A stretch of 64,000 nucleotides of DNA, taken from positions 5,036 to 69,035 of the forward strand of contig BDGG01000015.1 of assembly GCA_001949185.1 (NCBI GenBank), written 5' to 3'. This DNA is from Ramazzottius varieornatus. Its lineage: Eukaryota; Animalia; Tardigrada. Made by a program: the position numbers and the translations under genes. Numbering within the stretch: the stretch's first letter is position 1; each line of letters starts with the position of its first letter. The notes under the pieces are model-generated. The model searched no databases. It had not been told where the DNA came from and worked only from the letters and a program-made list of their open reading frames with translations. Positions 1-11,916 of the stretch are shown here, one piece after another.

Positions 1-2
1 TG

Positions 3-479
3 GTCAAGGCCGAAGAGGTTTCCTCCAACAACACCACGTCGCCGCAGCCCTTCATCAAGTCCCAACACAGTGTCAGCCCGGTTCAGTTCAAGTTTGACAA
101 TGGCAGTCCGGCCATCTGGAACCCGGCTTCACTCTCGGCCGAAATGCAGCGCAGTACCTTCTCGACCATGCACCACCAAGGTAGCAAGTACCTGCCGACG
201 GAGATACAGCCGGTGGTCAGTCACTGGCCCAGCACAGCGGCCACAGCCTATGCTGCTCCCTATTACAGCAGCATGAACATGGACTACATCAGTCCCATGC
301 ACGCTTCCTCCCCACACCATCACGCCCACCACAGCCATCACCAACAGCTGTCATCGCAACATTTGAGCCAAATGAGCGGTCAGCACCACATCAACGCCCT
401 CGGCGTCCAACAACGCGCCAACCAAGGCTTTACCAACGAGGCCTTGCAAGTTGACTATCCATATCCCGCCTGGAGGTGA
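3..479 (+). CDS. C-terminal exon of an Otx/orthodenticle-like homeobox transcription factor (5' part outside the window)
   Basis: Frame open from position 3 (VKAEEVSSNNTTSPQ...GSPAIWNPASLSAEMQ...YYSSMNMDYISPMH...DYPYPAWR*). AIWNPAS resembles the Otx SIWSPAS (WSP) motif, the MDYISPMH segment resembles the Otx C-terminal region, and there is a His-rich tract. The homeodomain is not in the window. Confidence 0.55.
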   Translation, partial: VKAEEVSSNNTTSPQPFIKSQHSVSPVQFKFDNGSPAIWNPASLSAEMQRSTFSTMHHQGSKYLPTEIQPVVSHWPSTAATAYAAPYYSSMNMDYISPMHASSPHHHAHHSHHQQLSSQHLSQMSGQHHINALGVQQRANQGFTNEALQVDYPYPAWR

Positions 480-904
480 CCTCTCAAGCCCGCAACCGCT
501 AAAGCCACTCTCATTTCCTGTTCCTACAGTGTAATACTCTCACGCGCCAACCTGCAGAACAATTCACAGAGAGGATTTGAGCTCGCACAGTATTTCTTAT
601 GTCAACAGTGGAAGGTCGACATGGACAATGAGGCTTACCACAATTTGGCGTAACCTCATTATCCACGCCTGAAAAGGCTGAGAACGAAAGCAAATGTTCC
701 GCTGTAAATTGATACTGCTAATTTGAGTTCAAGGACAACGACGGCCATTTTGTGAAAGTGCAACGAATGACTGTTCTATGGTTTCTTGTCCAGCTAAAGG
801 TCGAATCCCCTTTATGGCTCGTACTCATTGGTACCAGACAATTCTCAACTAGTACTTATCTCATTTATTTTTTTGTGAAAAATTAAGATCTATGTACAGA
901 TGCC

Positions 905-910
905 AATAAA
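905..910 (+). promoter_or_regulatory. Candidate polyadenylation signal AATAAA of the Otx-like gene
   Basis: First AATAAA seen downstream of the stop codon at 479. Confidence 0.4.
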
Positions 911-1224
911 AGAATCGCACATGAAGAAACAGTCACCCTACATAGGTTTCCGCTATCGGATACCATAGAGGAAAGAGGAGAATCGCAGAAACCACACTAG
1001 TACATAAGTCTAGATCCACACGAAATGCTGGTAACACCACTTTGAGGAAAAAGGTGAGGGGGGAGACAACACGAAAAACAAAAAATAAAGGCTCTTGTAT
1101 CATCTAAGTGTGCATAGGTACCGGTCAGTCTATACAGGAAAATCTGTCATTATACTACAGATAAAATCTACAGAACTGAAACGAAAATGCGTTGAAGTAG
1201 TCAAAACGACAAGAGTCGTAGAAC

Positions 1225-4200
1225 TTAACAAAAGCTCTGCGCTCGCAAGATGGCGCCATCTAGGGGCAGCACCAACCCGACCGTCCCTATGCACTTCACT
1301 CGTCCATGTCGGTAGATGAAACGATCGCCTGGACGGATGCATTCGGGCTGCTTGATGAACTTCAAAGTGACCAACCTTCCTAGCGGATCACTTTGACCAT
1401 CCTGCGCAACAAAAAATTATGATTGAGTGTCGGAAAGGACCACTTAGGATCTCGGTCAGCGAACTTCGGCCAGATTTGATCCACAAGTGGCGCACGTCAA
1501 CAGAGATGTTGGTTGAAAGCGTGCGCCCCTTGGGAGCCCGATCTGGCTGACGCTGTTTACCGAGCTCCAAATTAAAGTTACCATGCCTGCCGTACCTGAG
1601 AATCCACGTCGGTTATTAAGGCAGTTTGGCATACGTAACCACAGTGAACGGTTCCTTGTATGCCTTTAGTTATGAGCTGGGTGTTACCAAGAACCTTCAG
1701 AACGGCCTCGAAGACCATACACGAGTCTAAGGATGAAGCGATGTCCACCAAGACCATTCCCTACAACATCAAGAAACTTGGAAGTTTCGACCTTCATCAC
1801 AAACTGGAATGACCTGAGGACTTTGGAACCATATCATTTTCTCAAGTGGCACATGCTATCAGGTCGGCTGCTTGAGAACGCGCGCCACCTCAGACAATAA
1901 TCTGGTCGAGTTCGCCTGTCAAGTTTCCCATTTGTTATCACATAACTCTTGTCCGTCTTACCCTTCGTATCCTGAAGCCTTCGTCATCCAAGCTAAGGCA
2001 CACAGCAGCTGACTGTCCCATACGAACCCTGTAAAACAGACAGCTACAGAATATCTTGCCACTATACCAGGGTCGAAGAAGCTCTCACGTGGGTTAAGGT
2101 GCGAAACTACACAACTTACATTTGACAGGGAGTATGGCTTCGTTGAATACTCTTGACTAGAGCTTTGGTATAGCGTCCCGTGACGCTAGGACCTAACGCC
2201 AAAGTGGCGCCAGGCGAGATCGACCCGCGAACCAGGATACCACTGACCACCGTACCCACTTCGTCCATCTTATAACACTTGTCAATCTGCAAGAGGCAAC
2301 CATCCATCATCACCGTTTGACGTAAATGTTTCAACGCACTCGAGACAAGAGCTCCAATCTTTCGGCAAACGGGTCGTGGGAACCCACTTCGATGTTATTG
2401 CCATTCCAATACTCTGAGAAATTTCAAACAAGGCCTTGCTTGCCCTGCACCACCTTTTTACAATTTGTCACATACCTGAAATTCTGCGGGTTCACGAAGA
2501 GACATCTCTCGTGCTTTCGTTGCCACCGTACAAGGCAACATGCTGAGGAACTTTGTCAGCAAGTTCAGATCCTGCAAGCAACAATACTGATGCATGGAAA
2601 AAAGCCACAGAAGTAACAAGAAAAATCTTTTTTTCACCTGTCCAGTCACACTGGATACACAAAAGACCGGCATGACAGTCCCACAGGCCATGTGGAAGGC
2701 CGCCGCGACACATTCGTCTTCGGTGCGAACCGAGACTAGCCTTCGCGCGTGGTCCATGCCATCGCCCAGGCGGTTAAGATCACCGAGAATCTGGCCGATT
2801 CTCTCGAGATCACAGCAGTCTGCTTTGGTGATGACAACAAAGACGGGCAGTCGTAGAGCACCAGCTAAACCGAAGTACTCGGCCGTGCTCTGGTTAACAC
2901 CAGTCAGCGCACTGACAGCCAGCAGCACGAAATCAGGCTTGGAAGCCATCAAGCCGAGGATGGTGGTTCGCAAGTACTTGTGGTGGCCTGCCAGATCCGT
3001 AAACCTGTTCGAAAAGGTAAAGCTTATAGAAGCAGTGACCAAGAATTCCTTCTGATGAGTTAGACTGAACTCGATATCAACGGAGAGCTCCGCAAACAGG
3101 CTCGACAAGAATTTTTTCCGAAGTGGCGCATGCTTTCAGCGTCATTGACTGTAAACGTGCGCCACTTGAGAAAGTAACAAATTCGGCAAGATAATTTACC
3201 CAAAGCTGGCGCACGTTCTCACTGTTATTGGGCGAAGCGTGCGCCACTTGGAAAAACGATCTTGGCGAGTCTAATGGTTTTCCCAAGTAGCGTACGTTCC
3301 CAGTATTATTGGCTGAAAGAGTGCGCTAACTGGAGAGCCCGACAAGATTGCTTTTTCAAAAGGCGCACGTTTTCAGCATTACTGGATGGCCCGGTGCACG
3401 GCCTGGGAAACCGACCTTGCCGAATTTGTATGTCAACCCCCAAGCTCCCAAAATACTTTTCGTAGGTTTGCGAAAGAACCAGCTTACGTTATTAGTTTGA
3501 AGGACTGTTGGAAGATTTCTTCTGGTGTGTCCGAAACTCGATAATTTATAACCTGGAATGAACGTTTGAGAAAATACTGATGACTCATCCAAAAAAGTAT
3601 ATTTTATGTGGTACAGATATTTTACCTGACCATCAGCTGCGAAGCCGATCATCTCGCGACTGATGCTGGATGTCCTGCCCGTTTGGATTTCATGTGGATG
3701 ACGGAACAGATTCAAGCGAGCCTTGCCCCGGCCGTTGTCCAGCTCGCCGGAAGACAGCACGCCCAGAATGGTACTCTTCCCACTGTCCATACTGCCCAAC
3801 AGGGCAATTCGAAAGTCCACAAACTGTAGAAGAAACAAGATAGTGAGATAAATTATGGTAAAAGAAACGTTTTAACTTGAGTTCGTACCTCTTCGGGATG
3901 TTCGGGCAGCTGACGCAACATAACTTCCGCCACACGTTTATCTTCGTGCAGAAATTCTCTAACCAACAAAATCTCCGCTCCAACACTGCAACAGAAAACA
4001 CTGATAAATCTCTAATGATAAACATATTCAATACGCTGCTATTGCTGGAACCCAAAGAAGGCATACCTTTTCGCCATTCCTTCCATGGTCTTTAACGACA
4101 CATTCATATCCTCGTCGGACAGTCCGATGACTTTACCGTTGTCATTCACCCCCACCTCGTAGATTGCTTCTCCGAAACCTTCCTTCAGCCGCCATTTTAG

Positions 4201-4663
4201 CTGCGTTGTCAGATGTTGCAGCCTTGTTTCATTAACAGGGATCAGTTTCAGCTACAAAAACAAACATACGCGTACCGTCAATTTTCGAACGTTGCTAGCA
4301 CCCACTAACTTACTGTAATCGATTAACTAGCGACATCATCGCGTAACCGCGCAGTATTGCATTATATTCATGACGTCATGCGCGCCACTTCGATAAACCA
4401 ATGAAATCCCAATATCTTCGTTCTCTCACCTTATATTCGATGTTCCCCAACGGAGGCTACGAAAGCAGCAACAGATTAACTACGCCAGTTTCCATGGCCC
4501 AGAAAACTTACTTCTGGAGGCAGTTGTCCAGTGGCGAAAGGGGAATACAAGGACGCATCCGTCAGGTCCAGCGCCTCTAACGTCTAAAATATATGTCAAA
4601 CAGGCCCCGATGACCGATTCGTTGATTAAGTTGATTACACACTGGGGAACATCTTCTTACCAT
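1225..4663 (-). CDS. GTPBP2: GTP-binding protein 2 (translational GTPase, GTPBP1/2 family), multi-exon
   Basis: Spliced by eye: ATG(4663-4661)|gtaag, then TLEALD...QLPPE|PPLGNIEYK|LKLIPVNETRLQHLTTQLKWRLKEGFGEAIYEVGV. G1 motif GSMDSGKST, RLNLFRHPHEIQTGRTSSIS, G3 DLAGHHKY, G4 TKAD, SSVTG, VDEVGTVVSG-type domain II, C-terminus LKFIKQPECIRPGDRFIYRHGRVKCIG, stop at 1225-1227. Confidence 0.92.
1484..1532. repeat. Palindromic element monomer (CAAGTGGCGCAC family) in GTPBP2 intron 1402-1596
   Basis: caagtggcgcacg...cgtgcgccccttg inverted arms. Confidence 0.75.
1837..1900. repeat. Palindromic element monomer (degenerate) in GTPBP2 intron 1761-1961
   Basis: ttttctcaagtggcacatgc...gaacgcgcgccacctcag. 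Confidence 0.65.
3100..3420. repeat. Tandem array of four ~80-bp palindromic elements in GTPBP2 intron 3005-3487
   Basis: Units near 3102, 3185, 3270 and 3340, e.g. cgacaaga...ttttccgaagtggcgcatgctttcag...aaacgtgcgccacttgagaaa. Confidence 0.85.
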
Positions 4664-7179
4664 TGTGATGAAAGTCCCGAGATCACAGCTGGTTATATCA
4701 GGCCAATATTACTACAAATAGAACAAAACTCCATGCTCGGTTTCGCAGCTGAGAAGAGTGAGGAATAAATAGATGTGCAAGAGATGCAAGCATGATCGAC
4801 TTGCGTCAGCAACAAAAGTCAACTGTCAGCTGGAAACAGTTCTCAAGGTGCCTTACCATCCCTTTAGTCCTCCTTCGTCGTTTTCGAACACCCTTGAATC
4901 TTCGCATACTATCCCTGTTCTCTCAATCTCACACGAAGAGAACGATAGACATCTCGAGAGACTGAGGACGCAACGAGCAGAAATAACTTAGTGAGAACTG
5001 AGAACTTCTTCCATGATCCATCAGAAAGTCAGAATGACGTCAGCGACGCTGCGCGCCTGTACAGAGTATGACATGACATATCGACATCATATAATTATGA
5101 CATGACATGACGCTGTTGAATTCGTTTTGCAGTTCGGCAATATCAGAGTGATACACGTGCCGAAGCTGTTTGCCATGCCAGGCTTTATAGCATTGGATAG
5201 CATGGCACAATCACGCGGAGAGTTGGGTTTGGCAGGCTATGGGGTTCTTTTACCAGTGGAGAAAGCAGCAAGTTTGTTCTGGCTAGTGCTTAGCATTGCT
5301 CTCAGTGAACTGACGCAGCTTTGACATTTCTTCCCACTCTGTCAGGCAACTTTCTGCCGGATCCGTTGTTCCGTTTAAATGTTAGATTTTGAGGGCTATC
5401 TTTTTGCTCCAAGGAAAAAACATGTGCGGCCACTGCAAGCCGGTAGAATGATTAATACAGCAGTAAAGTTAATTGCGTGTTACAAACTGTACTCGAATAA
5501 CACTTAAGACCACGATCCTACACACACTGTCTGATATGGCATACTTCCACCAAATCAATCAGACATCTATTCGGACAGGTTATAATTCCCAGCTTCTCCT
5601 AACATAAACTTCTGGTTGGCACGAACCTGTTAAGGAGCTATTAACAGGGCAGTGCCGTATGACGCAATGTTCGCGCGTTTTCACGAACAATTTTTTCTTC
5701 CTGTGTGTCTGTTTGCGGAACCAACCTCGATCTTCTTCCCTTCCTGTCAGCTTATGGTAAGACTGCTAACTGGATTTGTCGTGATTGCATACAGTAAGTA
5801 CACCAGCTTTTTATTTGCAGACTATCCTGAAAGTCTTCGCTCTGGGCAAGTACATCACCACCGTCTGCAGCTGCTGTCTGAAAGTCCATCACCGCGACTC
5901 GTCCCTGTCTTTTCCGTCTTCTTTCAATACATCACAGATCTACAAGTGCCTTCGCAGTGACACAGGTGTGTAGGTGATCCATTTTACGTGTTCGTAGTAC
6001 ATGAACGTATACAGAGATCTTGTCATTTTCACACATGCAAGTGCTGTTACCCACCGATGCTGCGTACGACGTCACAAGTCACGTGTGCAACATACGCGAC
6101 TACAGCACGTGACCTAGACGTCATGCGTGTGTCTGGGAAACATATGCAGGATATGCGCACTAGTGCATACGCATAGAGCTGCGCATGGGTAGAGCTTTAC
6201 TTAGCAAGTATTTGCACATATTGGGCAACCAATCAGCACTGGTTACGCAAAAGCGGTGCGTTTTGAGAGACTTACGCAGCAGCAAGTGCGCCAACCATCC
6301 AGACGTTACTTGTAACAATTCATTGATATTACTTTCTTCTGTTTTCAGGCTACACGTTCCAGAAAATGCCATTTATTGCCGACATCGCTCTGAAACCAGA
6401 GTTTCTTCAAGACCGCCCCAATGTAATGCCTTCGTTTCTTTAAAGAATCTAAGATTTAACTATTTCAAAAATCTTAATTGATATTTAATTCTAGTATCGA
6501 GCAGAACTTTTTCCAGATAGGGATGAGGGCAATGCGGTGTTTTTCAAGACACCGCATTGTAGACCAGAGTAAGTGCTATGGGCAGCTGCTGGACCCGACC
6601 TCAACTGAAGCATTAGTCAGTTGTTCGTAACGTTACAATGCTTTAAAAAGATCGAAACTCAACCTCGTATCACCTCCACCCGTAAACGAAAACTCCCATG
6701 CTGGAAAATCTGAAAAGAATCTTTACTTCAGATGATTGAGGCTTATTTTAGGACTTAGCGCTTGCTGTATGTTGTATGATTGCAGAACGGAAACTTCTTC
6801 GTTGTGGAGTTTTCTTCCTACTGGATGCGGAGTGTGATAAACATGAAGTCCCCATGGAAAGAGAGAGGCGTGATTTTGAGGGCTCGGTACGTTTTATTTT
6901 ATGGTACGTCAAGGTGCCGTGGGTTGGGCGGGATCATTGATCTATGCGTTGTTCATTCTAGATTCATAGTGTAATTGCCAACGGCTACCGGTATGATATT
7001 CCTGAACTCGAGACAACGAAGAACGGTGTGTACACGGTGAAACGCATGAAGAAGCCTTCAATCCAAAAGACACGGAGTATGAACATCAGACCATCAGAAA
7101 AGGCGATTACTTAGAAGAGGTTTGCCGAACAGAAAACGGAAGCAGCAATTGTTCTCTCTTCTGGGGCGGAGACTCCAGG

Positions 7180-9337
7180 GTGAAATCGTGTGCCGCTTGT
7201 TTCGGGACCGTCCAAGGCTCTGAAGTTTTTTTCACTTCTTGGTTAGGTGCTAGAGTGGTGGATGTTCTTGCATTGACGAAAATAATGCTTGGGATGAAGA
7301 TCGGTACCAGCGGAGTAGTTCTGACTTTCAGAATTAATGATGTGCTGACTGCTTTTGAGAACGGAAAATTCCATGACCCTTCGAAGCGGGAAAGCGTCAT
7401 CGCTGAACTTCTCGAGCCGTCTTGGAGGCATCTGGTAGTAGATCTCACTTCCTTTTGTTATTTTTGACGGAAGTAATCAAGATCAACAAGAACTACAGGA
7501 TCATCGAAGCCCCCGTCGAACCCCATGACCTTAAGTACATCAACAGTATCATCGAGGCCTTCAGCGGTGTATGGAGTTGCACGGAGGCGATTACATCGGT
7601 CTGAAACACCCTGGGAGTTTCACACAAGATTGAATCTGTGACGTACGTAGTCGATGCTTTTTGCCGATACGTGTCTTGAGTAAACGCCAGTAATTTTCTA
7701 GGAAACAGTTTATCAACTTGTCTCACTCCTTCTCGTATTTGGAGGCAGTAAAATTTACCACACGTGGGACGCACCCCATCTTCTAAAGCGCACGCGAAAT
7801 AACATGATTGTTGGCAAGCCACTGGGAAATCCGTTGAAGGTACACACTAATGTGGTTCAGGGCTTACTGTCATAAAGCCAGTTGTTATTACAGTTGTCTC
7901 CAGCCCCAAAAATGAACCGAAATTGCCTCGAGTTCAACAACTTTGAGGAGCAGAACGTTCGAAGAGCTGGAGTGTGCTTGAGCGTATCAACTGCTGTCGC
8001 CATGTTTGTTCCGGAAAACTCCGATGTGTACGGAACTGCCAGAGGCGCAGCAGCACGCGCTTTCTGTCTCTTCTTCAACAACTTGTTCGATCGTCAAAAC
8101 TCTGTGTTCGTAGAGAATCACCACCAAAACCGTCGAGCAGTGACGCAGGTTAACGGACAGCTCAAGGTCCATTTCAAAATTTCACGCAGCTCTAAAACAT
8201 GTAGCATGATCGTATGACTTGCAGGTGTTTCAGACTAAATACGACTTCCTCAAAGAATACGTCAGTATAATCTCCAAAGATGAACGCTTACCGAATCTGG
8301 TTCTCGTGCAGTGGATGATGAACATCAAAAGTCACTTGTCCATTTCGCAGCATCTTTTCTCCGAGGGATTTGACCATTATGCTACCCAGACAATGAACCA
8401 GGATACGCTTGAGATATGCTCAGTAACAGACGTGCACAAGTGAACCTCAGTAACACAGTGTATTTGTAGCGGTTTTTCTCTCGAGCTCGATCAATGCTTG
8501 GACAAAGGCTGAACAATCCTGACAGCGCAAAAACGGCGGCGATCATCCGAACACTTTCGATGACCAGTATCGCCAAGATTCAGACCCCAAAAGGCGCTAA
8601 CATTGAAGTATAGCAGGAGGACATCACCTTCGTCAGCTATCTGGACATTCTGAAGGAAAGGCGCAAGCAGAGAGTAAAGGGCTTCGCGGAGGAGGAGTAC
8701 GAATGGACCGAAGAGCCACTCCGCAAAGAAGATTTGGACGAAGCCGATCTTGCTTGCGTCTGCCACCATCTAGGGGCTCAGTCTATCCAGAAACAGCTGA
8801 ACCGTTTCACTTGTGCTGAATGTCGACCAGCGTACTTTTATACTCGGCAGGCGGATGGTAACATCTCCATCTCCGTCGACCTTCTTCGGCCTTCCCGGAT
8901 CACGTACCTCAAAGACAGCGGAAACCTGTTTTACGGTACCGAGGAGTTGTACGAGCATTTCATCAACCTGGAGTGTATATTTCGACAGTACGTCAACAAA
9001 AGTATCCAGTTCAAGAATCCGAGGAAAGAACTACTGAAGATCTTGGAGCTCCCAGCGTACAATGTGGCCGAAGAAACTTCTGTAGCTTTTAAACTTCTGC
9101 TGCGAGATACGAGATGTACTTGTAACGCGTATTTGTTTTTTTAGCTATATTCGGTTTCGTCTTCATTGCAAATTTTGTGCTCTGAAGAGGCAGCGCGTGG
9201 CGGATCGTAAGTTCAGAGCTTTTGCCAGCAAGGCGAAAAATGTGCTTGCTCGAAAATCCAAAAGAGAGATATCTGGAAAATCTCAGAAAGGTTCATGTGT
9301 GAATCGCCAAATTGCAAAGTTTACCATGGGCAAATAA
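7180..9337 (+). pseudogene. Decayed, intron-containing P-element/THAP9-family transposase (5' boundary uncertain)
   Basis: P-transposase motifs in the correct order: WDAPHLLKRTRNNM (7765-7806); APKMNRNCLEFNNFEEQNVRRAGVCLS and FCLFFNNLFDRQNS (GTP-binding insertion region); EGFDHYATQTMNQDTLE|RFFSRARSMLGQRLNNP (C-terminal catalytic region); CAEC...YLKDSGNLFY; YIRFRLH and a basic tail ending at 9337. Lesions include an in-frame TAG at 8611-8613 and a non-GT donor at 8414. Confidence 0.85.
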
Positions 9338-10652
9338 AATCACTCACATTGGTGAAGTCAAAACTCGAGTTATTTTATCTTGTTATCACTTACCCTGCTC
9401 TGCCTCCAATGTTGATCCGGTAATTTCAAATACTAGATAGTGTAAGTCTAAAGTAAATGAAGTAATGTCTCACTAAGTAAACGTGTTCTGCATTGTCGGT
9501 TCGATGGAGCTTCGCAATCCACCATTCACAGGTAAGCCACGCGCCGTGCACATAGCCGCCCTCGACTTGATGCATTTTCATGTTGACCAATGAGGCGATT
9601 AGCTCTATTTTTGAAATTTCTGTTTTTACCTCTATTTGGGCGGAGTTACATTATCCAATCCCAGTGGAGAAATCCTACGTCATCCAACTCTCCTCGTGAT
9701 TTTCCATCAGAATTTTAGTACATTCTGCACGTGTATCACTCTGGCAATATCGTAATTTCTTCACAAGCGTAAACTCGCTTGGGTTGTCTGTGAGGTATAT
9801 TTCTGCCGCGTGCTTTTGATGTTGAAAACACGTTTCGGACGGAAATAGTTTCCACTTCTCCTTCCTCGAGACGCGTTCTACGGTTTCTGTGTTGTTGTCT
9901 GTCGCCCTTCTTGTTTCCGCCGATACAGTGTGAGGCTATTACGTAATGCTCGCAGAGCTTACTAATAAACCTTGCATGCGACTCGATACCCCATGTTATC
10001 CCATGTCAGACCACCTGAGGTGGTCTGACATGGGATTTTTGGGCACGAGCTGTCGTTGCGGAGCTGGTTTTGTTCGTAAGTTGGTGTTTGAACCCCTCTG
10101 CTGAACTTTGCCCAGTGAAGGGCAAAGTACAACATTAGTGGAGACAAGCTTGTGAATGGAATGTGACTGAGGAGAAGCGAAAGTAGGTCACAAAAGAAGG
10201 AGATAAGGCTATAGCATGGCATTCTGAGTCACAGGGAGTAATTCAATGGTTGGGAACTTGGGATACGCGCTGCCATCATCCCAGTTCCCGTTTTATTCCC
10301 TTCTAGCCTCTCTCGGCGGCAACAGCACCTGTTAGGGTGCCGCCCCGCGAATTATACAGAAACCATGAAATCAGTCTTCGGTTGGCTGATGCAAGACCTT
10401 CTTATTCTTTCATACTGAAGTGCGGTCACAAAGTATAAAGTCGATCCGTTTTATCACGAAAAATAGTTTACCGTGTAATCATGGAGAGCAACTGAATTAA
10501 CTTTACTGCCCTTTTTCTCTTATCACCCTACCCATTCCATACTTCAAACATACAGTACCAGTAATTGCTGTACGTCGTCATTGTCCATCCGCATTATTTT
10601 GCGTGATTCGATTTCGAAGTAACGATTACCACTGCACAGTGCTAACTGCTGA

Positions 10653-11651
10653 ATGATGACCAATGCAAAATCGGCCATCTCCACCTTGACGGCGACTATC
10701 AAGACTAAAGACGACAAAGACTTCTACATAACTGGCGCTGATTTGCTCGATCACATTTTGCTATTGCGACAGGTCATAGCACATCTCGAGATGGCATAAC
10801 CCGGTCCTATCCTGGAAATCCAGGTCAAAGACTATAGCAGGCGCATGGCGAACCAAGAGCTGGATACCAGGAAGCAACAAAGGAAACTTCCTTGGCCGGA
10901 GGAATGGATCTGGCGTGTGCATCGTCTTCATCCCGTGGCGTACCACAACGATTGTGTCAAACTACTGGCTGCCGGCGTCGCTATCGACAAGAAAATTTAC
11001 AACTTTATCAAAACTCTTAACAAAGTGTCCCGGCCATCATTACGTCGCGAGTTCTCGGTCACGTTCACATCAGTCGGTGGCCACACCCACTCAGCCTTTG
11101 TCCACTCCATCGACTTGGTACAAGCTGCCGTTCGCCAGAGAGATTTCCTGAACAAATTTCGAAGCCACAAACTGTACACACGAGACATCGGAAACAATGA
11201 TTCGTTATATTTCGTGCAGCTGGTTCAGAACTATGTCTCGTCTCTAAAGCTAGCCAGAAAGGGAGATGAGATTGTGCCAACTTTCGATATAGACTTGGAC
11301 TGGCATTCACATATGCGTCGACCAGTGTACTACCGCACTGTCTCAGAAGCCATGTGCGGTTTTGTCCTCGACCACGACGATGCCATCGAACGCAACGTGC
11401 TCTCCAATAATTTCCAGAAAACCGCGGACCGATGGAAAGAGAAGTACAACATGGAGTATTACCAGAATGCCGACAGAAAGACTATCGAGACCACGACCTA
11501 TCTCAGCTCCTGTGCGGTAGTTGTGCCTGTCAGTGGCGGCGGAGCGATTGGCGGTGATTCGATTTGCGGTGGTGGTGGCGGCGGGTGTGGCGGCAGCGAT
11601 GGTGGTGGCGGTGGTGGATGTGGAGCTGGATGCGGAGGTTGCGGCGGATAG
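10653..11651 (+). pseudogene. Intronless glycine-rich domain-containing protein (DUF1399/GRDP-like) with in-frame TAA at 10797-10799; the 10845-11651 part is an open 268-aa ORF
   Basis: Two DUF1399-like repeats: (i) DLLDHILLLRQV...*PGPILE...WIWRVHRLHPVAYHNDC and (ii) DLVQAAVRQRDFL...IVPTFDIDLDWHSHMRRPVYY...LDHDD...FQKTADRWKEKY. C-terminal GGCGG-rich tail. The upstream ATG at 10653 is in frame with 10845. Confidence 0.75.
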
Positions 11652-11916
11652 GCACCTGCCACCTATGGTTCGGAGCTAGCTTATTTCCCGGCCGCGCGGA
11701 TATTGGAAAACGTGATACGTACGAATGTCTGAGCCCGACACCGAACCTTGAGCCCCAACACCTGACTGCATAACACCAGTCGTCTGACTATCACATTCGT
11801 TTCAGTCGTCGCAAGTAGCACCTTCATAACGGAACCCTTTTGGTTCAGGTCATGATCGGTACAGCATTAAACGTACATGAGAATAATGATGATATGATGT
11901 ACATGATGTAATGATA

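Noticed and set aside
3100-3420. CRISPR-like array interpretation of the periodic palindromes
   Set aside because: Eukaryotic intron, no cas genes, repeats are degenerate, and the loops are homologous to each other (tgttattggctg-like) rather than unique spacers.
5785-5973. Cys/His-containing ORF as the THAP domain of the transposase
   Set aside because: Lacks THAP C2CH spacing and the conserved P/W/F and AVP motifs.
6565-9397. Possible P-element TIRs (cagagtaagtgcta / tatcacttaccctg)
   Set aside because: Only 12/14 match and no 8-bp target-site duplication; compatible with chance.
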